64,000 bases of DNA. Source: Paraphysomonas bandaiensis (lineage: Eukaryota > Protista > Chrysophyceae). The translations under genes were made by a program, and so were the position numbers. Below, piece by piece: positions 46,524-60,846 of the stretch. Within the stretch, counting starts at the first letter, position 1. Each line of letters begins with the position of its first letter. The stretch lies in NCBI GenBank assembly GCA_965644295.1, contig CBFFRP010000577.1, forward strand, positions 124,001 through 188,000, given 5' to 3'. A model generated the notes under the pieces. That model saw only the letters and a program-made list of their open reading frames with translations, was not told the origin of the DNA and did no database searches.

Positions 46524-48353
46524 CTACGCTACCAGCGACCTGCCAACGATATGGCTCATAATCTGGTTGGTTCCCTCCAGGATTTGATGCACTCGACAAT
46601 CGCGCAGATACCTCTCTATGTGGTAGTCCTACATGCCAAAGTCAGAGCATTACACATGTTAATAGCAACAATGGTTTACCTTCAAATAGCCATATCCACC
46701 ATGCAGCTGGAGGGCATCATTGACAACATTAAACCCTACATAGGAAACCATCGCATATTATTCACCATAGAAAACAGTGCATCCGTAGCATATATGTATA
46801 TATGCGTAAGTATATATATCGATGTGTGTAGCTACCATAGTCAGTTGCCGTCCTCTTGGCCATGGCACAATGTGCGGTTGCTGCTGGGTGTCCCTCATCT
46901 AACAGAGCCGCAGCATTCCTGTATTACTTTTAAGAGCAAAACTATAATGAAGAACACGTTGACCTCAGCGATAGCCTCATCACGTTAATGTTGGCCGCCA
47001 TATCCGCCACTTTAAACTGGGTAGCTTGGTACTCGGATATGGCTTTACTGAACTGCTTTCTCTCTTTTATATACCCGAGGGCGATGTCGAATGAAGCTTG
47101 AGCCGCTCCCAATGAGCAAGCCCCAATATTTAAACGTCCCCCGTCTAGTCCTGTCATAGCCATAGCAAATCCTTGACCTTCATCTCCCAATCTATTGGAC
47201 ACTGGCACTCTACAGTCCTCAAATATAACCTGACGGGTAGGCTGAACCTTCCATCTGTCCACATCACATTAGTACAATATATTTGTCCTGCAGTCCACTG
47301 TATACAATGTACGACACAATTCTACATAGCTAAGTTCTGACCATATTAGCACTAAACATATCACCGGGTTACGTACCCCATTTTCTTTTCATCTGCCCCA
47401 AAAGAAAGCCCCGGAGTATCCTTCGGTACGAGCAGACAGGAAATACCGCGTGGTCCAGACCCACCCGTGCGACACATCACAACATAGAGATCCGACATAC
47501 CTGCGCAAGCATGCTACTATAAAGCAATGAACTATTGTACTTCACAACCAACAGATGACTACACTGGAAATTTTCTACCTGCCCCACTAATGAAGGCCTT
47601 TCCTCCATTAATGGTATAGTGATCGGGATATTTAGGATCTATCACAGCCGTGGTCTGTAGAGAAGCAGCGTCGCTTCCACTTCCAGGCTCAGTTAGGCAG
47701 TAGCTGGCCATAGTATCCAAGGTGCACATTTTGGGGAGCCATTGCTGTCGCTGTTCAGGGCTTCCAAACTTATCTGTGAAGAGTTAAAGATACCCTTGTG
47801 GAGAAATCGTAATCACCCACCTATCATACCAGCGCACATATTATGAATAGTGAGCATGGCTGTAGTGCCAACGCATCCAGTTGCAAGGGCCTCAACAATT
47901 ACAGTGGTATCCAGTCTATGAAATCAACGCTAAATAGCATGACCGAATATTCCGTTCAGTATTTACCTAGAAAGGGCAGATCCACCCACATCTTCTTTCA
48001 CAAATATTCCACCGAACCCAAGCTCCGCACACTTCTGTAGAGTATCTCGTGGAAACACGGCTTCCTCATCCCACTTGGCTGAACACACCAGAGTGGTGAG
48101 CATTCACACGGTCAGGCATATATCATACCCGCATAAGGCGCCATTTCCTTGTCTGCAAAACCTTTAGCGAGAGTATAAAACTCCTTCTGGTCATCATTTA
48201 GGCCGATTAATGCTGCGTAGGACGTGATGGAGAGTGTTTCAAAGATACGAAAAACTCACGTGAGATAATGTCAGAGCCCACAACTCTGGAGAAGGAGCGA
48301 GTACTGTACCCCAGAAAGGAGCGTGTAGACTTTCCAATAGCCCTGTACATCAT
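46524..48353 (-). CDS. ACAD8: Mitochondrial acyl-CoA dehydrogenase, isobutyryl-CoA dehydrogenase (ACAD8)-like, ~10 exons
   Basis: [81 protein letters not shown]; Arg/Ser-rich transit-like N-terminus. Confidence 0.9.
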
Positions 48354-48748
48354 CTGCAACTATTTCTTATTCAGTATTGAAATGGTTCTTGTTGCATACA
48401 TTAACGTGCGTGCATGTCGCCACTGCATCACATCTAGATGAGGAATACAACGAGAATACATGCGTCCACATACACTTCACAGAAATGGAGATACAGAAAT
48501 GGATGGATGCATAGTTCGGTATATCGGTATACAGTATACGGTATACTACTGTATGTTGAGTCCTTCCCTACATATGCCGTACATGTCGTATTGGCGCACC
48601 GTACCCTCCTGCATCTACGAGTAGCATCATCTCCTGAACTGGTGCTGGTATTGGAATCAGAGCAGTCACTAATGCGCTCTATGGAAACAGCGGGAGAGTT
48701 CTGAGGACTAGTGTGAGCACGAATTGCTAGTGCGTGGCTCTCTGAGAG

Positions 48749-50806
48749 ATGCAGGTCTCCCATAGTATGTTTCTATTCCTGCTGCTGCGTCACTTGTCTG
48801 CGGATAGCATGAGCTTCAGACCATCAGTGAGCAGAGTGAGCTCTATTGACCAGCCAGGTACACTTTCAGTGGTCTCAATGTATGCTCGTAATCACGAAGA
48901 CGTGAAGTGGTTTATCCCCTCTTTCCACAACACCTCTCTGGCGGAGACATCAGCCTCTGTGTTTTGTCATGCACAGCTCTACGCCATTGCCTTGAAGACA
49001 ACTATGATGGGGTTAGGAAAAAGCGGTGTAGGGATTCTTATGACTGGAAATTTTAGCCATGATGACTTGAAGAATGTGCACCTCAATGTCGACACGGACA
49101 CAGTGAGTAGCCCCGAACCCAGTTACCTACACTGCTTCTATACAACTAATCGGGGCATGTATAGCGACCACGATGTAAGACGAAGTATAAATGCTATAAC
49201 ATGCTAAATATATGTATAGGATTTTCCTCGTACAGTGTCTGTCGCTGTGTATTGTCCAATATACCCTTTCCATGCCATTTACATGTCGAAGGGTTCCACT
49301 CCTGTGTCACCGACTGATATTTGTACGGCCATGCAAACTGCTAGCGACACCTACACTCTGTATATCCCTCGTCCTCCTCAGACAAGAAATCGAACATCTC
49401 GTGTCATGAATGCGCTGTCAGGTGTACGTGGAGTGTTTAATTATAGCCCATCCTCCCGCTCCCGGATCTCACATGCGGTTGGAACTGTGCAAACATATGT
49501 AAATCCTGTTAGTGGTATGAAGTTGGTCATTTTTGCCCGGTACTACCTGTCTCTTGGATACACGGTCTTGATATATGACAGGTATGGAGCACACAGGAGT
49601 CATCTGCAGCCTCTTTTCTCGGAGCATAACCTGGTATATGCACCGTACACTGTGTTGCAGATTGCTCTTCCCTCTGTCTACAATTCAGGCAGACAAGAGA
49701 GTACAGAGTATAGATATTACTCCGGCCACCAGAAACAGCATAGCCCCAACAAACACGCTGAGGTGAATGGTTGTCGCAATGTGATGATTAACGTAATGCC
49801 GTGCTAAATCAATCCTGAATCCATATGTGTTGTGTGGTATTTAAAATTTCATGGCCTGATGTTTTTACAGCTGGCAGACACCATGAATCAAGACAGCGAC
49901 AAACAAAAGACTTATGATATGATGAAGCTGGATCACCCGGACCTGTCGTCTATTCTTATGCTTGATTCTGATGAGTTTCTGTATTGTCCCCAAGCCCCAG
50001 ATATCTCATCTCAAGGGGCCTACCAAGATAAAATTCTGACCAGACTACGGGCGGAGGGAGTTGAAGAGGTGAAGCTTGTGAGAAGAGCCTACTCGGGTCG
50101 CCATATATATTCACATACTGCATCTACGAGAGAGACTGATATCACAAACAGGACGAATGAATGCATGCTGTCTATTTACTCCAACATTACAGCCACTGGA
50201 GTGGATCTTCTGCGGCGAGTGTTGGGATGCTGGAGCGGAGTAGCATTAAATAACAATCCTGGAAAAAGTGGGGATATCGGTGGCGTATGCCCCTTTCATT
50301 GGAATCACCTCTCATGCGTAGACTGGAAGGAGAAATATCTTCCTTCGTGGCAGAACAAGAAGCGGTGCGATTGTCTGTTTCGCCTCGCTGAGTTAACTGC
50401 TTTTTTTCAGATGTTTTTGTAGGGTAAAGTCTCCTGATATGATTCCTTCTCCCCGACTTACGTACAACCCCATACGACGATTTAGCGGTGAACACATGGA
50501 GCCTGTGTAAGTAGTGCAGATGCTTTTGTCTGTTCTGTCGGGTACCCATAATGATATTCTTGGTTTTGTGTGTGTACAGTCGAATAATTCCGTACTGTAT
50601 ATGATATATTCAGCGTTAGTGTGGTTGAATATTTCCAACAGTTCAGCAGACAATATATCTTTTATAATGTCTTATTCTGGGTCATACGTAGATGTTTTAT
50701 ATCCCACCTCAACAATGACTTTTTCCAAAGTGAAAATGGCAAGTTCAAAATAAATTCCACTGTCATCGCAGCGGGACCTGCAAATCCTTTAGCTTCACTC
50801 TGGTAA
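48749..50806 (+). CDS. Putative glycosyltransferase (GT92/GT-A-like DxD protein), multi-exon
   Basis: Hydrophobic leader, YYLSLGYTVLIYDRYG, ILMLDSDEFLYCP; ORFs joined by GT-AG introns; 3' exons approximate. Confidence 0.55.
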
Positions 50807-51164
50807 CCTGCCAAATGATCACAATGCGTCGATCCCGATTATAGGGTTTGTAGAGATGGTATCTGCGTGTGATATTACTATCCGAGCATATCAACTTTAC
50901 CTATTACTGACAAGTTACATGAAAGTGGTATCTCTCTGTATGTTGCCATGTAGTGCGTTGATTTGCAAAGTAGTGGATGGCATATGGCATGGTAGGGTAG
51001 TGCAATAGTTAATACCATGCCATTCGCATCTTCAGGTAGAGTACGTTGTGTAGATTACTATACAGTAGTGACTTCGAACTATGCTACCACCTTTGATTAT
51101 GATGTAGATGCTATATGTGCGTAAATATTAAATATCACTTACCACGGAACTGAGTATGAAAACT

Positions 51165-51215
51165 ATTCGATTTTTAGCGCTACGAAGTCTGCTTGTGCGC
51201 CACCGCAAGCACCAA
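51165..51215 (-). mobile_element. Fragment of the SINE/LINE 3' stem-loop core
   Basis: GCTACGAAGTCTGCTTGTGCGCCACCGCAAGCACCAA. Confidence 0.65.
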
Positions 51216-51294
51216 CAAGAGCTTTATGATATTTGCCTCTAGGCACCTTCAACGATGATTCTAATATAAATGACACCACACAGATACTTTTTAC

Positions 51295-51986
51295 CAGGGA
51301 TAGGGAACAATATATTGTATAATATATTGATTGGTGGACTGGTCAAATATTCCATCAATATTGTTTCTGTTAAAGTAGCTCACACTGTATTGCAATCAAT
51401 ATTATGAGAGTCATATACAGAAAGATTCTTAACTGTAGGGTAAAAAATATAAGTCCATGTATATAAATCTCCGTTCAGATAATGATTATTGCAACAATAC
51501 AGTGGATGATGAAGCTGAAGTTGGATATATGTGGAGAAAATTCTTCAATCAGCTCAAAAATTTAAGAAACGGAAAGTTGAAATATCTAAGTACAGGTGTA
51601 CGAGCCATGTATGTACTTCCAATAAATGTGAACGCCTGTTCAGCGTTCTACTACACTAAATATGTTGTTGTTTCTGAAAGCTAACCGACAGTTTTGTTGT
51701 GGCCGGATGCAAGCATATTTCAATTAATATTGGATGAATATTGTGATGATGATGTCACCGATGATGGCTCAGAGGATGAGTTTAATCAGTTAAGGGTAGT
51801 TGGTCTGATTATCAAGTGACCTTAGACCTTATAATATGACAAGTACTAAAAACTACGGATGTGATTAGTCATATAGTAATATATATTGCAATAATAGTAT
51901 TGTAAGGGCGGTTTAAAAACTCCATCAATACTATTGATGGAACGCTATCTAACAATAGTATTGCAATATATTTTTCCCTATCCCTG
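51295..51986 (+). mobile_element. Non-autonomous hAT DNA transposon (692 bp) with TIRs and 8-bp TSD
   Basis: TIRs CAGGGATAGGGAACAATATATTG / CAATATATTTTTCCCTATCCCTG; TSD CTTTTTAC at 51287-51294 and 51987-51994; internal CERLFS remnant at 51627-51644. Confidence 0.92.
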
Positions 51987-53689
51987 CTTTTTACTCACCT
52001 ACTATTGCTAATATAAAAAGACATTCATTCACAGGAAGTCGAGGTAATACCAAAACCTGGTAAAGCAATTTCACCACAGGTTTCATATACAAGTATTGAG
52101 TTATTATTTTACTGTAATTTGCATCTGAGAGGTTAAAGATAAAGAAAAAGTCGTAAGTATAGTTGTTATTAGCAGTATTTATTGTGTTACAAGTTGGCCC
52201 TGCTACTTGTGTCTTGTAATATCATATTCTCATATAGCTACATCTGCCTCTCTTGAGACTGCAAACGCTCCAACCGAATGTACTGCATACATTGCATACG
52301 CATATATAGCTATATTCACCACTATTCAAATAGTTGGGGTGAGATAGGAACAATAACCCTAGCTTAGTACACAGCCAATAATAATAATAATCAGGGATTG
52401 TGTATAAGTCGAGGTAATACCAAAACCTGGGTTTTGATGTAAAACCTGGTGAAATTTTTGGTGATGGTCGGAAAAGGGTATAACTATGCACAATAAGTAA
52501 CTATGAAGTTAATAACAGTGTGAAAAGTATTATTTATAATATTTTTTACTAATTTCTTCCATATTACTTCAGTTTTACAGCAATAAAAGTCACCGACTAC
52601 ACACATATATTATACAGTTCAAGCTATTCCGTCAAGCATAATATAAAGCTATTCTTTGTACGATACCCCACTACTACGTCGCGTATATAATGTATATTTC
52701 CACAAAAGTACACACAAACTCAACGACGCGACGAAACGAGGGGATCTTGAGCACAGAATTTTAGTGTGGAAAGGTTTAAGTTGAAAAGTGCATCCCTTTT
52801 TTGACGTGGAAATTGTACGATACATATATTTTGGGAAAAGCTAGAAAATTTACAGTATTTAAGTAAAACTGTTTTAAAAGTATTTATGTTTGTAATATTA
52901 TAATATTACGCAGAGAGACAAAAATATTAATTTTTTATTATCATTTAAGACTTATATAATAGGATGTAACAGATCTGAATCACGTTTTTTGTCATCCAGA
53001 AACCACGTTATCTACCCTCATACTACCACTGTCAACCCATTTTGATCATCATGATGAGCTGCCAGTATTTATTGCCCTACTCATAGTTACTCTGTTTCTA
53101 ACCACCTGTGCTCTTAGATACATGACATGCATCAGCAATTATATTTATATTCTTTTTGTAATTGCACATTTATATTCTTGTCATTTCAATTGCACAATTA
53201 ATTGTTGAGTTTTGCTGTTTAAGCAATTAAAAGCTGTAATTCTAAGATATTGGAAACGGTTATTGGAGAATACAGTAATGGTTAACTGTATTATGAGAAG
53301 TAATGAGAACTGAATACATATTGACCATACAAGAAGATAGTGACGATATAAGATCGTACTAGAAATGAGTGGTAGTAGAGATAACGTGATATATTGTTTA
53401 TTATATTTATTATAATCTTCTCTTATCTTAGCTTGATTAATGAGTAAATAAACGTCCAGTTAACTTAGTAAATCATTCAATTGTGTCATAACTTGACATT
53501 TATATTATATTAATCATATAATTATATATAACAGCAGAAATCAACAAATACTATTGCTGCATATTTTATGTATACAACACTATATGATAGCGCAAAATAT
53601 TGACTATATACTATACGGGAGGATTAGTAGTTATCTGCTAAAGGGTAACACAAACTATGGAGTCATCTCGAAATTAAATACGTAGTTGA

Positions 53690-53925
53690 CAGTGTCTTAT
53701 TATTAGCAATATGCGTGCACAAAGCTGACACCGTTGCATCACCAACGGGTAGAGTCGTAGAGTCATCTTAAATTAAATAAGAAGCTGACATCGTTGCATC
53801 ACCAAATTTCTATCATATTAGTATTTCTATGTATTCATTGTTCAATAATGGGGCAGTGAATGTCTTAAGCAATTTAACTAATGCTTAACTTTGATATCTT
53901 ACTTTTTAGCGTTACGAAATCTGCA
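53690..53925 (-). mobile_element. Two short 3'-tail fragments of the SINE/LINE family
   Basis: GTGTCTTATTATTAGCAATATGCGT (~53692) and GTGAATGTCTT..CAATTTAACTAATGCTTAACTTTGATATC..TTACGAAATCTGC (~53857-53924). Confidence 0.6.
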
Positions 53926-54223
53926 AAATAATGTATAACACTTACTTCCTCGTTATTGATTTGGCAATATTCCCAGGGCGTGCATGAACTAGATATTTAA
54001 AATGGAGGATTCAATCGAATCCAATTCATCGTGAGAATAAATATAGCCAGTGCATAATATATAGCAGTTTACGTGTTAAGCACATACCAACTCTTCAATA
54101 AATGCCAACTACAACTACATCAAGTCACCGTCAACTCTGTAACCGTAAATCTCCAAACTATTCGATGAGAAAACAGCACACCGACCACATGGAGCCTGAA
54201 GTGTGACACTTCTGTTTCACACA

Positions 54224-55988
<1,765 letters not shown>

Positions 55989-56061
55989 TACTTCAGATCA
56001 CAATTGTTACCAGTGAAACAATCTTCCGAAATATGTGTAGAATGAAACAAAACTTTGCAAA

Positions 56062-56947
56062 TGTGTATGTCTGTATGTATGTATGTATGTATGTATGTAT
56101 GTATGTATGTATGTATGTATGTATGTATGTATGTATGTATGTATGTATGTATGTATGTATGTATGTATGTATGTATGTATGTATGTATGTCTGTATGTAT
56201 GTATGTATGTATGTATGTATGTATGTATGTATGTATGTATGTATGTATGTATGTATGTATGTATGTATGTATGTATGTATGTATGTATGTATGTATGTAT
56301 GTATGTATGTATGTATGTATGTATGTATGTATGTATGTATGTATGTATGTATGTATGTATGTATGTATGTATGTATGTATGTATGTATGTATGTATGTAT
56401 GTATGTATGTATGTATGTATGTATGTATGTATGTATGTATGTATGTATGTATGTATGTATGTATGTATGTATGAATGTATGTATGTATGTATGCATGTAT
56501 GTATGTATGTATGTATGTATGTATGTATGTATGTATGTATGTATGTATGTATGTATGTATGTATGTATGTATGTATGTATGTATGTATGTATGTATGTAT
56601 GTATGTATGTATGTATGTATGTATGTATGTATGTATGTATGTATGTATGTATGTATGTATGTATGTATGTATGTATGTATGTATGTATGTATGTATGTAT
56701 GTATGTATGTATGTATGTATGTATGTATGTATGTATGTATGTATGTATGTATGTATGTATGTATGTATGTATGTATGTATGTATGTATGTATGTATGTAT
56801 GTATGTATGTATGTATGTATGTATGTATGTATGTATGTATGTATGTATGTATGTATGTATGTATGTATGTATGTATGTATGTATGTATGTATGTATGTAT
56901 GTATGTATGTATGTATGTATGTATGTATGTATGTATGTATGTATGTG
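56062..56947. repeat. (TATG)n microsatellite, ~885 bp
   Basis: Directly visible, near-perfect. Confidence 0.98.
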
Positions 56948-57151
56948 TATTTGTATGCTACAGGCTGTAGGCCAAGATATGCCACGCATTTTTTCCAGAG
57001 TGTGTGTTGTCAGTTCAAGGAATTGCAAGTGAGCATATTGTCATGTGTTTTATTTCCACTTCTATCTGTCGGTACGAAGACATCGGACGCCTCTCCTCAT
57101 CTTTTGCTTAAACAAAATACTTTACACTTCGACCCCTGTAACTGAACAAAT

Positions 57152-60100
57152 ATGCTGTCAGGAAACAAGTTTTCTTCTCTGGATGTTCTGAATGAGGGGT
57201 TCAAGCCTCTCAAGAGGGTATGTTATGTGTGGCTTTGTACTGCGTGATCGCCGCATAATGTCAGACTGCTAGTTTTTATCGTTTATTTGTGCATATGTTT
57301 ACTTCGTTGTGCTTGTAATATAATTTACTAGATGCCAACTGAACCAACCACTCTGACATCTAGTCGACCCATGTCCCATGGCCATAGAGCATCTTTCAAT
57401 GCCCACACAGGAGAAAAGGAGCACATTCAATTCCTATGGGAGAACTCAGCTTGGGGTCGCATGGAGCGCAGTAAGGGAAAAGTTTTGGACAAGGCGAATA
57501 CCTTCGTCGGCCCCTCTCCTAAAGTTGACAGTGACAAGGGAGCAATTGCTGTGGTAGATCCCTTCAGCACAGGGGCACATCTTGCGGCACAGGTCGCAGC
57601 TGCTGGATATAGAGTTGTGAAGATCCTGTCTATTTGGGATTCCCCTGTGGCAGCGCTAGTTGAGGAAGGCCTGGTGGTGGAATATTGCGCAACTCTTCAA
57701 TTTAATGATCTCAACCCCAATCATGAAGCGGCTCTGTCAGAGGTGTAGCGTAGATCCATGCATCTAGTTGTGGTATGACGATATATGTCTTTTGATAGAT
57801 GATGGACAGTATCAAGGCTCTACCTTTTGAGGTGCTGGCAGTCATCCCTGGGGCAGAAACAGGAGTGGAACTCGCAGACCAACTCTCTCATCGGCTTGGA
57901 GTACGGTCCAACGGTGAGGAGGGGTCGATGGCCAGAAGGAATAAGTATCTCATGGGTGAAAAGGTGTGAGTGTAGTAAATTATAAGCGCCTGTCGTTACA
58001 CTTGCGGTAGGTAAGGGAAGCCGGAGTGCGGGCTGTTAAGCAGCGCCTCTGTCGCAGCTTGGACGAGGTGCGCTCTTTCCTGCAGACTCTTTTGCCCGAG
58101 GGTTCCACGGACCTGTATGCGGAGGGGACTTGTCTCAAGTGTGTAGTTAAACCAGTTCAGAGTGCAGGTAGCGACGATGTGTTCCTCTGCAATACTGCGG
58201 AAGAAGCAGAAGTTGCCTTCACTCGCATTTCTGGAAAGAGGAATGGCCTAGGCCTCATCAATGACGGTGCTTTGGTCCAGGAGTTCCTCTCAGGCAAGGA
58301 ATATGTCATAGACAAGGTATCTATGGACGGAGTACACAAGCTAGTGGCTATTTGGCAGTACGACAAACGAGTTTGTAATGGCCACAACTTTGTCTATTTC
58401 GGGATGAAGCTTGTGTCCTCTGACAGTCCTATGGCCCAGGCTATGGTGGCGTATTCTAGCGAGGTGCTGGACGCACTTGGAATTGTTCATGGCCCTTCTC
58501 ACATGGAGGTGATGTGGTGTGGAGATCATGCGAAGGGCTACCCATGTCTAGTTGAAGTTGGAAGCCGATGTCATGGCGGAGAAGGTACCTGGATCCCAGT
58601 AGCTCAGGAGTGCGTTGGATTTACTCAAGTGTCACTCACTGTGGATGTTTACACCACCGGGGAGAAGTTTAAACAGATCAAGGATGGAAATCGGTACCCC
58701 TTGACCAAGGCAGGTCGGGATGTAGACATGGTATCTCGACATTCTGGTATCGTGAGAGGCTTTCCAGGAGAAGCTCTAATTCGCTCTCTGCCATCATTTA
58801 GAAATATGCATTGGGAGTGCAAAGTCGGCGATTTCATCAGCAAGACTGTGGACTGCTTCACCCGTCCGGGCTGCGTGCAGCTTGTGAACGAATCAGAGGA
58901 GCAAGCAGATAGAGACCTCGAGGCCATACACGACTGGGAAGAGCTTCGGATGATAGACTATTCGTTGATTTGTCCCAACCCTCCTACAGTGGGGGCTGTT
59001 GTTATCGTAGATCCATTTTCTACGGGGGCTAACCTTGCAGCGATGGCTGCATCAATGGGCTATCGCATTATCCTCGTCTTTTCTGAGATCGACTCACCAG
59101 TGGCTGCTTTGGTGGCGGAAGGCACAAACTTGAAACCCATGCTGTTGGTACAGCACAACAGTAAGGATAGGGATCAAGATAGGGCAATCAAAGAAACCCT
59201 TGCTGCCATAGATTCCCAGGAAGGGGCAATCGGCGGCAAGAGCCCTGTATTGGCAATTCTCCCTGGGGCCGAAACTGGAGTTGAGTTGGCTGAAAAATTG
59301 GCCACAAGGTACGGTATATGTGTTCATGTATATGTTGAATATTCATCAACCTATATATATAGATATGGTACTCGCGGTAACGGCGAGATGTACACCCATC
59401 TCAGACGAAGCAAGTTCTCAATGCAAAATGCTGTAAGAGATGCTGGGTTAAGGGCCGTGACACAAGCATTGTGTAGGTCTGAAGAAGATGTGAGGCTGTT
59501 TTGGGCGTCGCTTGTGGCTGCTGCTGGTGGTGGTGAAGCGAAATGTGTGGTGAAGCCGAATGAGAGTGCTGGGACGGATAGCGTATATCTCTGCCAGTCA
59601 CTGGTGGAGACCCTAACTGCCTTTAATTCTATTCACGGACAGTTCAATGGTCTTGGACAGATTAACGATGGGGCACTTTGTCAGGTATTGAAAGTTCAGT
59701 ATAGATACAACAGACTGCGTATTGATCTTATCAGTGACTTCTTGTCGCCCGTCATACCTTATTACCATACCGGTAATTCAATGTGTAATCCTCTTACGGG
59801 CATATTTGCAGGAGTATCTTTTGGGAACGGAATTTGTCATTGATGGTGTTTCTAGGGATGGGGTGTACAAGGTGAGTCTTGCCAATTGTATGCCATAGTC
59901 ACATCTATGTATATTTATATATTGAAATCTCTGTCCACAGTGGATTGTGACAATGACGTAATAATAGGTGACCGCCGTGTGGGAGTACGACAAACGCAGC
60001 GCGAATGGAGCAAATTTCGTGTACTTTGGTATGCGATTAAGATCTGCATGTGGAGAGCGAGAGCGTGCATTAGTTGCTTACGCTGAACAGGTTATTCAGG

Positions 60101-60631
60101 CGCTACATATTGTTCAAGGGGCATCACATATGGAGGTCATCATGACATCCACTGGCCCTTGCCTGGTTGAAGTCGGCAGTAGATGTCATGGTGGAGAGGT
60201 AGCTGCAATTATTATGCCATACGTTTCTCTAAAGTATACCAAAACAGGCTTCATGGGCGGTTGTTGCTGAGGAGTGTGTGGGATATACTCAAATTGAAGC
60301 CACCTTGAACTGCTACTTGCGTCCCGACAGATTCGACGCCCTTCCCCCTGCTCCAGAGACTTTGTTAAAGCAAGGGGCAGAGGTGTTCATGGTTTCTCGG
60401 CAGAGAGGTATTCTCACCGCCACGCCGGGACTTGCTGAGATTCGCTCAATGGCCTCCTTCAGAAGGCTCGGTATGCTTACCCAGGTGGGATCACCTATGG
60501 TCCCAACGGTTGACTGCTTTACACGACCTGGATCTGTTGAACTCGTGAACGCCCTTCCTGCTGATCTAGAGGCTGACTGTGCAAGAATTCGTCAGATGGA
60601 GCTCTCGGAAGAGCTATTTGTGGTAAAGTAA
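57152..60631 (+). CDS. Internally duplicated ATP-grasp ligase (L-amino-acid ligase / carnosine-synthase-like), multi-exon
   Basis: Two copies each of VVDPFSTGA, IPGAETGVELA, VVKP..SAG.D.V, QE[FY]L.G.E[FY]VID, G.SHMEV, LVEVGSRCHGGE and TVDCFTRPG. Confidence 0.88.
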
Positions 60632-60846
60632 AAAAAAGCTACTTATAGTAAAATAAAAGACTCCATCACAGTGCGTAGGTGTCTACGTACACACAGCGTA
60701 AGTAGCTCTGTACTCTCATAATAATGAGAACATGTTAATTAACTGTAAGGGTTAGGGTTAGGTAGTGTAACAATCTCGGGTATAGTGGAAATGGTGGATT
60801 TTAAGGTTGTTGTGATATGAGGGCCAAGGTGAAGTAGTATAAGCAG

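Noticed and set aside
53660-53805. Short local duplications (GAGTCATCT..AATTAAATA; AAGCTGACA.CGTTGCATCACCAA twice)
   Set aside because: Ordinary small tandem duplication in AT-rich intergenic DNA; no structure suggesting function.
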